Source: Myxococcota bacterium (GTDB lineage: Bacteria; Myxococcota_A; Polyangia; Nannocystales; Nannocystaceae). From it: a stretch of 64,000 nucleotides of DNA. The stretch is taken from the NCBI GenBank assembly GCA_039028615.1, contig JBCCHT010000014.1:64001-128000 (forward strand). Direction: 5' to 3'. Under the pieces are notes generated by a model. That model saw only the letters and a program-made list of their open reading frames with translations, had not been told where the DNA came from and searched no databases. Positions 28,501-40,292 of this stretch are shown here, piece after piece (the first letter of the stretch is position 1; every line of letters begins with the position of its first letter). Made by a program: the position numbers and the translations under genes.

Positions 28501-30209
28501 GCGAGGTTGTCGGGCTGGATCGCCAGCGTGCGCTCGAGGGCCTTGAGCGCGCGCTCGGGCTGACCCAGGCGGTTTTGGCACAAGGCCGCTACGCGACGGT
28601 ACAGGGCCACGCGGGCCTCGGTGTCGGCGATGCGATCGGCGGCGCTGTGCAGCACCTCGACCACGTCGGACAGTCGCCCTTGCGACTCGTACAGCGCGGT
28701 CAGCTCGTCCCAGCGCTCGGAGGCCACGTAGGCGTCGCGCAGGCGGCGGGTGGCCTTGTCGTGGCCGGGCGACAGGCGCAGCAGCTCGGCCCAGGCCTTG
28801 GTCGCGTCCTCGCGGTTTTGCAGGCGGTCGGAGTAGAGGTGACCGAGGTGCGCCAGGATGCGGATCGCGAAGTCGCGATCGACGTGGGCCAGCCGACGAT
28901 GCAGGATCTCGGCCGCGCTCGCCCACCGAGACTCGCGCTCGTACAGGCGCGACAGCGCATCGAGAGCGCTGGGCTCGTCGCCGTGGTGCATCAGCACCTC
29001 GTTCCAGGCCGCGATCGCCTCGCTGCGATCGCCGAGTCGGTCCTCGGCCAGCTTGGCCAGCTCGATGCGCAGCGCCAGCGCCTCTTCGCCGCTGCGCTCG
29101 GTCAGCTCCTCGCGACGCAGCTTGATGAGCGCCCGCCAGTCGCGGCGTTGCTCGTGGATCCGAGCCAGCAATGCGCGCGCGCCCTGGTCCCCGGGGGACA
29201 GCTCGAGCACGGTGCCCAGCGGCTCGAGGGCGCGCTGGGGGTTGCCCAGCTTCTCGAGCCAAATCTCGGCCACCTTGAGCAGCAGGTCTCGCTGCCGCTC
29301 GACGTCCTCGGCCTCCTTGGCGGCGTCGATGCGCCGCGAGTACACGCCCAGAAGGTCGTTGAAGCGCCCCGCCGACGCGTAGGTGTCGGCCAGCGCCTGC
29401 AGGCTCTGCTCGTGCCGCGGATCGATGTCGAGGATCCGCTGCAGCGTGGCCAGGGCCATGGTGTCGAGCTTGAGGCGCTCGCGGTACAGGCTGGCGATCT
29501 CCAGCAGCTTCTCGATGCGCGCGTCGTTGGCCTCGTCACCCCCGGCCACTCGATCGAGCTCTTCTTTGAGCAGGTCCACCAGGGCGGTCCACTTGCCCCC
29601 CGCCCGGTACAGGCGCTCCAGCGCCTCGGAGGCCCGCGCGTCGTAGCCGTCCTCGCGCATGACCGAGCGCCACACCTCGATGGCTCGGTCCGCGTTGCCC
29701 AGCCGGTCCTCGGCCAGCGCGGCTCGCTCGCTGGCCAGCGCGAAGCGCTGCTCGGGATCGGTGACCTTGCGCTGCGCCTGCATCAACACCTGCATCAGCT
29801 GGGTCGCCGATGCATCGTCGGAGAACAGCGCGCGATAAAACGCCAGGACCTCGGAGTGACCGGGCTGAGCCCGACGCACCCGACGGAAGTAGGGCTCGGC
29901 CTTCTTGGGGTCGTCGGTCCGCCGCCAGATCACCGCCCCGGCCAGCAGCGCGACCTCGTTGCCCGCGGCATCCCGCGGGGCGCGTTGCGCCAAGGACTTG
30001 GCCGCGTCGACTAGGTCGGCCTGGGGAGCATCGTCGGCGATGAGTCGCCCGAGGACCTTGGCGGTCGCTTCGACGGACGCGGGATCGTTCTTGGCTTCGA
30101 TGCGAGCGGCGGGCAGCTCGATGCCGTCGAGCGCAGTAGCCAGCGCGTCACGGGTAGCGTCGTCGCCAGCGTTGAGGTGGTCGAACAGTGCGGTGCGGAG
30201 ATCGGACAT
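19545..30209 (-). CDS. Giant 3554-aa TPR protein, AgmK-like
   Basis: 10.7-kb uninterrupted ORF of acidic TPR-like repeats (A...L..LY....RW..L...L); size and pattern recall myxobacterial AgmK; orthology not verified. Confidence 0.85.
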   Translation of the reverse strand: MSDLRTALFDHLNAGDDATRDALATALDGIELPAARIEAKNDPASVEATAKVLGRLIADDAPQADLVDAAKSLAQRAPRDAAGNEVALLAGAVIWRRTDDPKKAEPYFRRVRRAQPGHSEVLAFYRALFSDDASATQLMQVLMQAQRKVTDPEQRFALASERAALAEDRLGNADRAIEVWRSVMREDGYDARASEALERLYRAGGKWTALVDLLKEELDRVAGGDEANDARIEKLLEIASLYRERLKLDTMALATLQRILDIDPRHEQSLQALADTYASAGRFNDLLGVYSRRIDAAKEAEDVERQRDLLLKVAEIWLEKLGNPQRALEPLGTVLELSPGDQGARALLARIHEQRRDWRALIKLRREELTERSGEEALALRIELAKLAEDRLGDRSEAIAAWNEVLMHHGDEPSALDALSRLYERESRWASAAEILHRRLAHVDRDFAIRILAHLGHLYSDRLQNREDATKAWAELLRLSPGHDKATRRLRDAYVASERWDELTALYESQGRLSDVVEVLHSAADRIADTEARVALYRRVAALCQNRLGQPERALKALERTLAIQPDNLAVARELLPIYREQKNWARLMNTYQVLLKAADSDEERLELISAMQTVAEENLGSPTLALHWAAEAYRIRAQDEALRGALETAAEKADGWDELVSIFEERIADEGVGEQERLTLLGKLAVIARDKLYKPDDAQRYFRRIIDLDPTNASAMEALEKIYSGTRRWDDLSEVYRRRLDVTEDPEARLVTLRALASIQEQHLGDLDGATDTYRKILEHAEDDVASLDSLARIYRNRGHWSELAEILERQLAMAETDTARVPLMFELAQIRAVRLQQSQPAVDGFLAVMEIESNHRDSVQALEDLRQSDPSVSLPVSKGLLPYYRRVEDRVREAEAMEVIIAAEEDAEARTQLLEQLASIYERMSDRRPDSLRIRVELFLADPGQWQGRQTLQRLGGELERMTDVSEAYESALRTMAEQAEKAEAEGQTLPREQAGLRRDLLLEHAGMLRDSLARPEDAERAYAFVLEQDETHQGAYEALEALLRGREASSELVSLYRRRVDVTFNQREQKELLSRMTQISRDVLEDRSAAIATAEELLDLIPDDLPTIELLAEMYGEGDEPGDRENLEEILGRWAELTPDTSLRRQLMVRRAALRMQFLGDAFGAVDLLGQVLGEDPDDEQARRLLEELLDIAEVQLPACALLEPIYQRLGDHEGRIRILHARRAHAEEVGSVDEAVTHLIEISRLREQELGDPDTALASMREAFGMDVRRRDTREHVERLGLALERPADLVTIWREALATEHLDRAQRIDFTHRIALLLDEHIQDQEAARQAYGDLLDLDPPDAGLAHRAVEALCRLHLEAGDGVALIEAKRALLRFVDSPDEQVRIRLEIAEIQEELGDRVGAALTHSEVLDMEADNPRSLETLERLFLEEQEWERLCEVLEHRIGVTPDPRLRAPTWRQIGEIQRDHLEDAHRAIAAFQSVLDLKVGREDTAYALSSLVELNQGLERWPDVEEGLRRLTALADNDGHRVELLSRTAQVVGGPLGRGHDALELLKRVLDLAPRDEAAREAVDGYLEDDDTHERAIRILMPIYEGEENWPALLKLEELQARKQPSGRRRLQALLRVATTQEERIGDPERAFGVLCEAMAEAADQPELAEILDKVARLGADDDRAQALLEAYGQTVDHILDSDLQQRVLRAMGEVALQRLEQLPEARTAYERVLDLAPGDPAATESLESIYLRQDDYDSLAQLLVSQADRSDEGDDRDNLLMRAAEIYRVSLERPEDAIRLYERLSSSALEQPEVQEVLEPLYEATGRYRELAGHLNRKLGRLEGREAVDIHLRLGRLYGEKLDDPEEGIRHLSTALRLDPDHAVGTEELGRYLEDTSMRTRVAEMLEPVFAAVADWNRLIQIQEIRLEDAEGEHERVRLLLRIAQIEEEQLEDLDKAFESYGRLFKEQPHERRVRDQLARLAGVLSRVDRYADALTEYVSGDGAGDDSEEMLEIVREAAELWSGSLRQPERAVPLLQRLLEARPDDQSIFPALESSLTQAEMWKELGVAYWREVDNAMQESRQIDLLRKLATLSQEMLDDANEAGRAYQRILEIQPEHDLSRNRLEQIYEETQRWPELIELLRDRLDRTEDAVNRNSIHSQIADVQDQFIDDPDAAVDTLEAMLGELVDDPEAVLRLERIAEMRRGLRPRILSILRPIYERQGNVRRIVEIDEWQLSHADDPVVRHELYREMAALLLRSQDTQEAAFRALCRALSEPGPEEALATLDAEVGRVAEVLGLGIALADALVSAAQGDALSNDIDRRLALLVRAAGILHDATELGSAVEILHGALELSSEHEPALELLDTCLQQLGFHEELREVLVIRARVANEDEQRVELLRRLAVLLEDVLARAEDAEQGWRDLLDIEPNDREALQRLAQAYANRDAIHELIEILRRQVDASEDEQERRDLRMRLAGLQRDSRQDRASEIDVLRELLMEAEGDGEALAALSDALVAEERHAEATDVLAERAELAQDPDPKAELVLSAARILAGPLDDVPSALERYEEVLQIVQGQSGALEDLVALAKTEDHFESAGTLVMTPLEAVGRFSELAEVLAARASLTSDPVDQAESLRRLASVRLEQLGDVAGSLESQRALIDVVEPNELSPVLDQAGQLAVQLGTAGEHVDDLAGRAAQADRDPEARVMLASNAAKLAEDVQGDAGRALGLLTPLVEEGLATMEICSEVERLGRIVQNNEAIEHALREAVRLSEDDQERAGLMARHGEAQLVLGDHSGALESYRDAFEQGAGAVAITGLESVLAQTEGPAPDALLDALDGVYQSTEDLAGQARVVQHRLAQADDGDRLGLLEQLGGLFDAGGGTPQQALETWGALLAVDPESATGLGRVIALGKEHGALPQAVELMLAAIAAGQEEGRTTGPLALQTATLLLRELGDGARALTVLDGVLEDNAEQPEALELRVEAARAHGDAQILHDALTQNANVQPNPDAAAALWYEAAQVAEVSLVETALAIEDLEQVIGQDEAHADGWNKLLSLLGASGDNEKLAEALSRRVMIAEDADERRDLRYRLANVLVDALDRADDAIVTYQDMVNDKPDDLPALRELEALLRRLERWDDVRDTLERRYDAAEGEDRVAVLLDLAEVAETRLEDPGEAIERLQAVLMEQPGHSGAEEGLDRLLTAEERFVDLSELLQSRMDRARDAGDAESYRQIASRLAALLAERLDDSERAESILQQLLEVDPGYVPALLSLASVYDARGDDDGMRETLEKAAALDPQGEEGAALQLRLAALSEDDDARRREHLERALALDPGSTPAIDGLMKLSRAEERWDQVAELLQRQAAAEQDDGARRALELERVDLLMGKLGDTDTALHVLHEMYEKVQDDVELNRRIADGLFQAELYGDAKGMYAWLIEVVRAGKRSKILGHYLTRMARIALSEGDNDGAREQLMEAYRIDTTNVETLMALGGLHEQQENWKDALKIYRTMLLQNADRSGLLRRGDIYVNLARAHLSLDETPKARAMLRRGLEEDADHPELAAQLEQLG

Positions 30210-30432
30210 GTCGAGTCTCGAGCGAGCAGTGTGGGAGCGTCGGTCGGCGGGGTGAGGTGAACCGGGGAACCCCTCGCCGAGGGCAAGGAGGACGAAAAAA
30301 AGCGAAGGGCGCGAGCGCGGGCGCGCGACGATCTCGAAGCCGTGGTGATTCCCAGTGCGAAGGCCGGGAGGCGCCTCCTCGGGAAGAGGAGGGAGATCGT
30401 GGCCGCAAGGTTACGTTGGTGCCAAGGCCGGT

Positions 30433-31287
30433 TCAATCGGCCTGGACCACCGTCTCCTGCTGGCCGTCCGCGCCCTCTGTCGGGGCCTCGGACTGCAACA
30501 GCACGAGGGCGGCCGCGGTCGCGGCCGACACGTTGAGGGACGCGACCCCGCCCCGCCCCGGAATCGTCGCGAGGAGGTCACAGCGGGCCCGGGTCAGCCG
30601 ACGCAGGCCCCCGTGCTCGCCCCCCATCACCAGGACCAGCGGAAAGGGAACCCGATCGGTAGCCAGCAAGCTCGGCAGGGGCTCACCGCCGTCGACCACC
30701 GTGCCCAGCACCCACAGGCCCTGGTCCTGGCCGTACTCGAGCGCACGGGCCAAATTCACCACTCGACACAGGGGTAATCGCTCACTGGCGCCGGCCGAAG
30801 CCCGCACCACGGCCGGGGTGACCCCCGCGGCGCGGTCGCGCGGCCACAGCAGACCGCTGACCCCGAAGAACTCGCAGCTTCGCATGATCGCGCCGAGGTT
30901 CTGAGGGTCCTGCACCCCATCGAGCGCGACCAGGATGCGCCGATTCGATTCCGGGGGGGCGCCCACCACCGCGTCCACTAGGTCCTCGAACTCGTGCCAG
31001 CGCGGTGGGGTCGCGCGAGCGAGGACCCCTTGGCAGTCGTAATCGGGCGCCAGGCGACCCAGCTCGGGACCGGTCACCCACTGCACCTCCACCCCCGCGT
31101 CGACCGCGATGGAGTGGATTTCGTGGCCCTCGCGACGACGGTCGAGCCAGAGGGTCTCGATGCGGCCGGTGGCATGCCGAAGCAGCTCCACCACCGCCCG
31201 GGGTCCCGGGACCAAGTGAGGCCCGTCGACGGACGCTTTGCGCCCCCTGCCCTTGCCGCTACTGCGCTTGTTGTTGCGTTTGGACAA
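30433..31287 (-). CDS. rlmB: TrmH/SpoU family RNA 2'-O-methyltransferase, RlmB-like
   Basis: LDGVQDPQNLGAIMRS, ASAGA, VMGGEHGGL, SLNVSAA; probable TTG start at 31287. Confidence 0.85.
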   Translation of the reverse strand: MSKRNNKRSSGKGRGRKASVDGPHLVPGPRAVVELLRHATGRIETLWLDRRREGHEIHSIAVDAGVEVQWVTGPELGRLAPDYDCQGVLARATPPRWHEFEDLVDAVVGAPPESNRRILVALDGVQDPQNLGAIMRSCEFFGVSGLLWPRDRAAGVTPAVVRASAGASERLPLCRVVNLARALEYGQDQGLWVLGTVVDGGEPLPSLLATDRVPFPLVLVMGGEHGGLRRLTRARCDLLATIPGRGGVASLNVSAATAAALVLLQSEAPTEGADGQQETVVQAD

Positions 31288-33079
31288 CCAGGCGTCCTTC
31301 CTCGACGCGGGTGAGCGTGGCCTGCCCGGCTCCGACCCCGGCAAAGCCGGTGATCGCCTGGGACAGCGCGTAGTAGACGAGCAGCGCCTGATCGCCGGGG
31401 GGCTCGCCCTGCAGCCGGGTATAGGCGACCTCGAAATCGGACAGATGGGGGCCACGCGCGGCCGCAGGCACCACCCAGACCCCTTCCATGACGTCGCGCG
31501 CCCGCAGCAGCGGCCCGGGATCCACCCCCTCGGCGGTGGCCAGGACCATCAAGCCGGGCACGTCGGCACGGGCCGGAATCCGGCCGGCGCGAGCGAGCTG
31601 CCGCACCACCAGATCCGTCCGCGTGAGCGTGTCGGGGATCAACACCGCGGCATCGCCCTGCAGCGCGGTCATGACCGGATTGACGTGCGGACCGAAGCTC
31701 GTGGTGTTGGGCGGATACGTGCGAACCACCAAGTCCTTGGGGAACAACCCGGTGGCGTGGGCCTGCACCGCCTTGACCGCGCGGCGTCCGTAGCCGCTGT
31801 CGGGGGCGAGCACCACCAGTCGATCGCGCCTCTCGGACCGCGCCAGCTCGATCAGCGCCTCGACGCGGCGCTCGAGACTCGGGGCAACCCCGAGGGCATG
31901 GCCGCGCGTCTCTCCGGGCACGATGAGGGTGGCGTCCTGGTCGATGTCGGCCGCGACCGCCTTGACGCTCTTGGCTCCGATGGGGCCCACCAGCACTCGG
32001 GCTCCGTCGCCGAGCAGCGACCGCGCTGCAGTGGTGGCCGAGCGCGTCGACGAGCCGCTGTCTCGCCACAACAGCGGCGGCACGGGCCCGGTGGATGCGA
32101 CGTCGACGGTGGCCATGGCCGCGGCGAGGTGTTGGTCGGCAAACGCGGAAAAAGGGCCGCTGCGGGGCAGCAAGATCCCGATCCCGGCCGATACGCTCCC
32201 GCAGTCTTCGACCCACGTCGGGCTGCCCTCGGGTACGGGCTCACCCAGGCGCGCGGCCAAGCAGTCGCGGCCGGGCGAGCTGGGCATGTCGGCCACGACC
32301 TCGGCCAGCTCGGGGGGCGGCACGCTGTCGGCCAAGAGCGCCAGGCGGTGCTCGACCCAAAGCGCCGTGGGCTGCCCGTCGTCGAGCCCCGCGCGCCACT
32401 GGCCCAAGCCCACGAGCGCACCCGGGAGGTCACCGTTGCGATCGGCCGCGATGGCCCGCAGGCCCTGCTCTTCCACCGGATCGAGACCGCCGCCCGCGTG
32501 CACCAATGGCTCCTCTAGCGCTTCCAGCGCCAAGGTCGGATCACCCCCTCGCACGAGGGCTCTCACTCGCAGCCGTGCGAGCTCGATCATCACGGCCGGA
32601 GGCTGCGGGCCAGGGTCCGGCTCGGCCTGACCGAGCTCCAGCCCTTCTTCCGCCGACACGATCGCCTCGGCATCGGATCCGTTGAGATACGCGTGCTCGG
32701 CCTTGGCCCGAAACGCGGCCCGGTGAACGTTGGCGGGAGCCTCCGTCGCCAGCAGCCGTTCGGCGGCTGCGCGCACGCCCTCCCCCGCCGGATCGGCCTG
32801 CCACTGCGAGTCCATCTCGTCCCAGGCCGCTCGCACGGCTGGATCCATCGCATGGCGATTGACGGTGGGGTCATCGGTGGGCCGGGTCACCACCGGGGTC
32901 GGCTGCGATGCGCGACAGTTGGCGCCTCCGCCCGCGACACAGACCAGGGCGAGCACCGCGAGGGTGCGGGCCCGGGCGAAGCGGCGAAACGGACCGGAGG
33001 CTCGGCGGGGTGCGAAAATGGGAGGGAGAACCGACAATGACGCGCCTCGAAGCGACCCCGTGGCCAGCGGCCCAGGCAT
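31259..33079 (-). CDS. LpoA/LppC-like lipoprotein with periplasmic binding protein fold
   Basis: Signal ending GANC; helical N-domain; IGILLPRSG, VLVGPIG, APDSGYG; start uncertain. Confidence 0.7.
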   Translation of the reverse strand: MPGPLATGSLRGASLSVLPPIFAPRRASGPFRRFARARTLAVLALVCVAGGGANCRASQPTPVVTRPTDDPTVNRHAMDPAVRAAWDEMDSQWQADPAGEGVRAAAERLLATEAPANVHRAAFRAKAEHAYLNGSDAEAIVSAEEGLELGQAEPDPGPQPPAVMIELARLRVRALVRGGDPTLALEALEEPLVHAGGGLDPVEEQGLRAIAADRNGDLPGALVGLGQWRAGLDDGQPTALWVEHRLALLADSVPPPELAEVVADMPSSPGRDCLAARLGEPVPEGSPTWVEDCGSVSAGIGILLPRSGPFSAFADQHLAAAMATVDVASTGPVPPLLWRDSGSSTRSATTAARSLLGDGARVLVGPIGAKSVKAVAADIDQDATLIVPGETRGHALGVAPSLERRVEALIELARSERRDRLVVLAPDSGYGRRAVKAVQAHATGLFPKDLVVRTYPPNTTSFGPHVNPVMTALQGDAAVLIPDTLTRTDLVVRQLARAGRIPARADVPGLMVLATAEGVDPGPLLRARDVMEGVWVVPAAARGPHLSDFEVAYTRLQGEPPGDQALLVYYALSQAITGFAGVGAGQATLTRVEEGRLVVQTQQQAQ

Positions 33080-33106
33080 CGGGAGGGCATGTTATATGAA
33101 GTTCGA

Positions 33107-34462
33107 ATGAAGGGCCGCGACGCGGAACAGTTCGAGGATCTCGGCTTCGGCGAGACCAGCCGGTACGCGGCACACCTGGACCGTGGCTGGGCCATGCTGG
33201 AACGCGGAGATCCCGCAGCCGCGCGAAGCTCGGCCGAGCACGCCCAAGAGGCGCGCCCCGACGATCCCGATGCCGTGGTGCTGCTGGGCGCGGTCGCGCT
33301 CGCCGAGGGCGACGCCGAGGAGAGCCTGCGCAGCTACGACCGAGCCGTCGAGCTCGACCCCGAGTATCTCGAGCCCTACACCGCGGCCGCCCAGGTCTGC
33401 CTGTTCGAGCTCGACGATCCCAACCGTGGTCTGCGTTACTGCCTCGACGCGCTCGAGCTCGACACGCTGGGGCCCTTCGAGCGCCTCGACGTGCACCTGG
33501 TCGCGGCCGAGTGCGAGATCGCGGGGCAGCTCGACGCCGACGCCCAGCGCCGGGTGGCCAGCCTCGACGAAGAATCCGTGCTGATGAGCACCCTGCGGCT
33601 CAGCGTGCGCCCCGACCTGCTCGAAGAGGTCGATCGCGACGATCCGCAGAGCGTGGAGGCGGTGGCCTGGGCGTACCTGTGCCTCGACCCCGAGGGCGAC
33701 GAGCTCGACGAAGAGGAGCGCACCGAGCGGGTGGCGCGGGCCCTCGGCCTCGCGTTCCGCCTCGCTCGCACCCGGCTCGATCTCGGCGACGTCGAGACCA
33801 CCACCGAGACGCTCGACGAGCTGCTGCGCTGGTACCCGGGCGAGGCCGATGCCTGGTACCTCGCCAGCGAGGCCCATCACCGCGCCGGTCGCCTGCCCGA
33901 AGCGTGCGTGTCGGCGGTCAAGACCCTCGAGCTCGACCACGAACTGGAGCTGCCCGAGTGGGTGCCCTCGTTTACGCTGGTGCATCGCCGGGTGGTGCAG
34001 CTGCTCAAGGACTCGCCCGAGCCCGCGCTCGAGGCCCTGGTCGACACCGGTCATCCGGTCACGGTGATGGTGCGCGACACCCCTGCCCCCGAGCTGGTGA
34101 TGGAGGGGGTCGATCCGCGAGCCCCCGTGCTGGCCCTCGCCGCGCGGCCCATCCCGCTGACGGAGGCCGAGGCCAAGCAAGACCCCGGCCCGCCCCAGCT
34201 GACGGGCATGGCGGTGTACCGCCGCAACCTCGCCCGCTTCGCTCGCAACGCGGAGCACTTCGAGCAGGAGCTGCGCCACACCGTGCTCGACGAGCTGGCC
34301 GCCTTCGTCGGCCTGGGTGACTCGGCCCGCGAACGACTCGGCCTGCCCTCGCTCGGGCTCGACGAAGACGATCCCATGGCCCCGCCCGTGCCCGAAGAAC
34401 CCGACGACGGCTCGAGCAAGCGCAAGCGCGGCCGCAGACGACGTTCCCGGGCGCTGAACTAG
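33107..34462 (+). CDS. TPR protein with degenerate C-terminal minimal zincin-like domain
   Basis: N-terminal TPRs; VYRRNLAR...ELRHTVLDELAAFVGL where the family has TVLHExGH. Confidence 0.75.
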   Translation: MKGRDAEQFEDLGFGETSRYAAHLDRGWAMLERGDPAAARSSAEHAQEARPDDPDAVVLLGAVALAEGDAEESLRSYDRAVELDPEYLEPYTAAAQVCLFELDDPNRGLRYCLDALELDTLGPFERLDVHLVAAECEIAGQLDADAQRRVASLDEESVLMSTLRLSVRPDLLEEVDRDDPQSVEAVAWAYLCLDPEGDELDEEERTERVARALGLAFRLARTRLDLGDVETTTETLDELLRWYPGEADAWYLASEAHHRAGRLPEACVSAVKTLELDHELELPEWVPSFTLVHRRVVQLLKDSPEPALEALVDTGHPVTVMVRDTPAPELVMEGVDPRAPVLALAARPIPLTEAEAKQDPGPPQLTGMAVYRRNLARFARNAEHFEQELRHTVLDELAAFVGLGDSARERLGLPSLGLDEDDPMAPPVPEEPDDGSSKRKRGRRRRSRALN

Positions 34463-34582
34463 CCGTTTCGGGTCCGCGCGCCGACACTGAAATGTCGTGA
34501 AAGAAAGCCGGCTGCAGGGCCGCTTTTGAATGGATTGCTCGATACAGCCGCTGTGCCGCCATTGCTACGGTCGCCGCGCCCG

Positions 34583-34765
34583 ATGACGCAGTCCGAGACG
34601 ACGCTCGAAGACCTGTTTCCCGGAATCCAAGGACGCATGGAGCTGGTGCGGGTCATGCTGCATCTGCGCATGCCCCAGCTGGCCGATCTGCCCCGCGACA
34701 CGCCGCTCGACGCCGAGATGGTGATGCGGCTGGAGACGGCGCGCGAGCTGGTGGCCCGGGGCTGA
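34583..34765 (+). CDS. Small hypothetical protein (60 aa)
   Basis: Host-like GC3 codon bias; fills the gap between the TPR gene and the dnaE stop. Confidence 0.55.
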   Translation: MTQSETTLEDLFPGIQGRMELVRVMLHLRMPQLADLPRDTPLDAEMVMRLETARELVARG

Positions 34766-34795
34766 CCCGAGCCGACCAGGCCCCTGCCCCCCGGG

Positions 34796-38434
<3,639 letters not shown>

Positions 38435-38714
38435 CGGCCCCAACCTACCCGAACGCCGCAGGGCGCACGAGCCGGACACCGGCCCGAAGGTCGCCCGACG
38501 ATCCCCCGCAGACGGCCGCCATCGCCGGTCTCGCAGCGATCGAGCAAAACCGCGGGCCGCGCTGCGCCGCGGCGTGCGAACGACCCCACGACAGTGAGTG
38601 GAGATCGCATCGAGGGACGTCCGGCCCCGGTGACACCCGTCGAGGGCTCTGCTAGCGTCCCCGCGCTCGCGCAACGCGCGGCATTTCCTCCTCACTCGAC
38701 AGCTGTATTTTCCG

Positions 38715-39128
38715 ATGCAACGGACACTCGCTCTCATCAAGCCCGACGCCTACGCCGCTGGACACCAGGGCGCCATCATCGCCCGGATCCAGGAGTCTGG
38801 ACTCAAGGTCATCGGGCTCAAGGTCCTGCACCTGACCGAGGCCCAAGCCCAGGGCTTCTACCACGTGCACAAGGAGCGCCCCTTCTTCGGCGACCTGGTC
38901 AAGTTCATGACCGAGGGCAAGATCGTGGCCATGGTTCTCGAGGGTGACGGCGCCATCAAGCGCTGGCGCGACCTCATGGGCCCCACCGACGCCACCAAGG
39001 CCGAAAAGGGCACCATCCGTGGTGACTTCGGCACCAGCATCGAGCGCAACGCCAGCCACGGCTCCGACGCCGTGGACACGGCTGCCTTCGAGGTCGGCTA
39101 CTACTTCGCGGGCCTCGAGCTCGCCTGA
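38715..39128 (+). CDS. ndk: Nucleoside diphosphate kinase
   Basis: RTLALIKPD, HKERPFF, GTIRGDF, NASHGSD. Confidence 0.98.
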   Translation: MQRTLALIKPDAYAAGHQGAIIARIQESGLKVIGLKVLHLTEAQAQGFYHVHKERPFFGDLVKFMTEGKIVAMVLEGDGAIKRWRDLMGPTDATKAEKGTIRGDFGTSIERNASHGSDAVDTAAFEVGYYFAGLELA

Positions 39129-39164
39129 ACCCCGCGAACCTTCGCGGCAACGAAAGGGCCGAGC

Positions 39165-40292
39165 ATGGGTGCCTCCTCGCTAGTGGCGATACGTCCGCCT
39201 CGCGAGGGGCTGCCCAAGCCGGCCCTTCCCAATTTGCGCGGCCTCGACCGCGACGAGCTCGGCGAATGGATGGCCGAGCACCGCCCGGGACCCCGCTTTC
39301 GTGCCACCCAGGTCTTCGAATGGCTGCACCGTCACCGGGCGCAGCGCTTCGAGGACATGAGCAACGTGGCCCGGGCCGACCGGACCCACCTCGCCGAGGC
39401 CACGAGCCTCGATGCGCTCACCGTCGACACCGTGCAGCGCTCGAGCGACGGCACCCGCAAGCTGCGGCTGCGCACCCTCGACGGCCACGCCATCGAGAGC
39501 GTGCTGATCCCCAACGAGGGCCGCGGGCTGACCCAGTGCATCTCCTCCATGGTCGGCTGCTCGCTGACCTGCCGCTTTTGCGCCACCGCGACCCTGGGCT
39601 TCATTCGCAACCTCGCCACGTGGGAAATCGTGGACCAGGTCTATCGCGCCCAGGACATGCTGGCCCAAGAGGCCGCGGACGCGCAGGCCGAGTACACCGC
39701 CCGGATCACCAACGTGGTGTTCATGGGCATGGGCGAGCCACTACACAACTACGCCCAGGTCCGCCGCGCGCTGTCGATCCTCACCGACGAGCACGGGGCC
39801 GCCATCGCCGGGCGCCGGATTACCGTGTCCACCGCGGGCCTGGTCCCCGCCATCGAACGCTTCGGCCGTGAGGGTCTCGGGCAAGAGGTCGGCCTGGCGA
39901 TTTCGCTCAACGCCACCACCGACACGGTCCGCGACCACGTCATGCCGATCAACACGCGCTGGAAGATCGGCGAGCTGCTGGCCGCCGTGCGCAACGTGCC
40001 CATCAACCGGCGGCGGCGGATTACCTTCGAGTATGTCTTACTGGCCGGGGTCAACGACGATCCAGCCGATGCACGCCGCCTCGGCGGCTTGTTGCGCGAT
40101 ACTGGAGGCCAGCTCAACGTGATTCCGTTCAATCCGCACCCCGGGGCCCCCTTTGCCCGTCCCGAACCGGCCCGCGTTCAGGCATTCGTCCAACAATGCC
40201 GTCGTCAGGGCCTACAGGTGCACGTGCGAACGCCCCGAGGTGACGACATTGCGGCCGCGTGCGGTCAGCTGGCTCTGGAGGACTCCAAGTGA
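39165..40292 (+). CDS. rlmN: Dual-specificity RNA methyltransferase RlmN
   Basis: CISSMVGCSLTCRFC, MGMGEPL, RGDDIAAACGQL. Confidence 0.95.
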   Translation: MGASSLVAIRPPREGLPKPALPNLRGLDRDELGEWMAEHRPGPRFRATQVFEWLHRHRAQRFEDMSNVARADRTHLAEATSLDALTVDTVQRSSDGTRKLRLRTLDGHAIESVLIPNEGRGLTQCISSMVGCSLTCRFCATATLGFIRNLATWEIVDQVYRAQDMLAQEAADAQAEYTARITNVVFMGMGEPLHNYAQVRRALSILTDEHGAAIAGRRITVSTAGLVPAIERFGREGLGQEVGLAISLNATTDTVRDHVMPINTRWKIGELLAAVRNVPINRRRRITFEYVLLAGVNDDPADARRLGGLLRDTGGQLNVIPFNPHPGAPFARPEPARVQAFVQQCRRQGLQVHVRTPRGDDIAAACGQLALEDSK

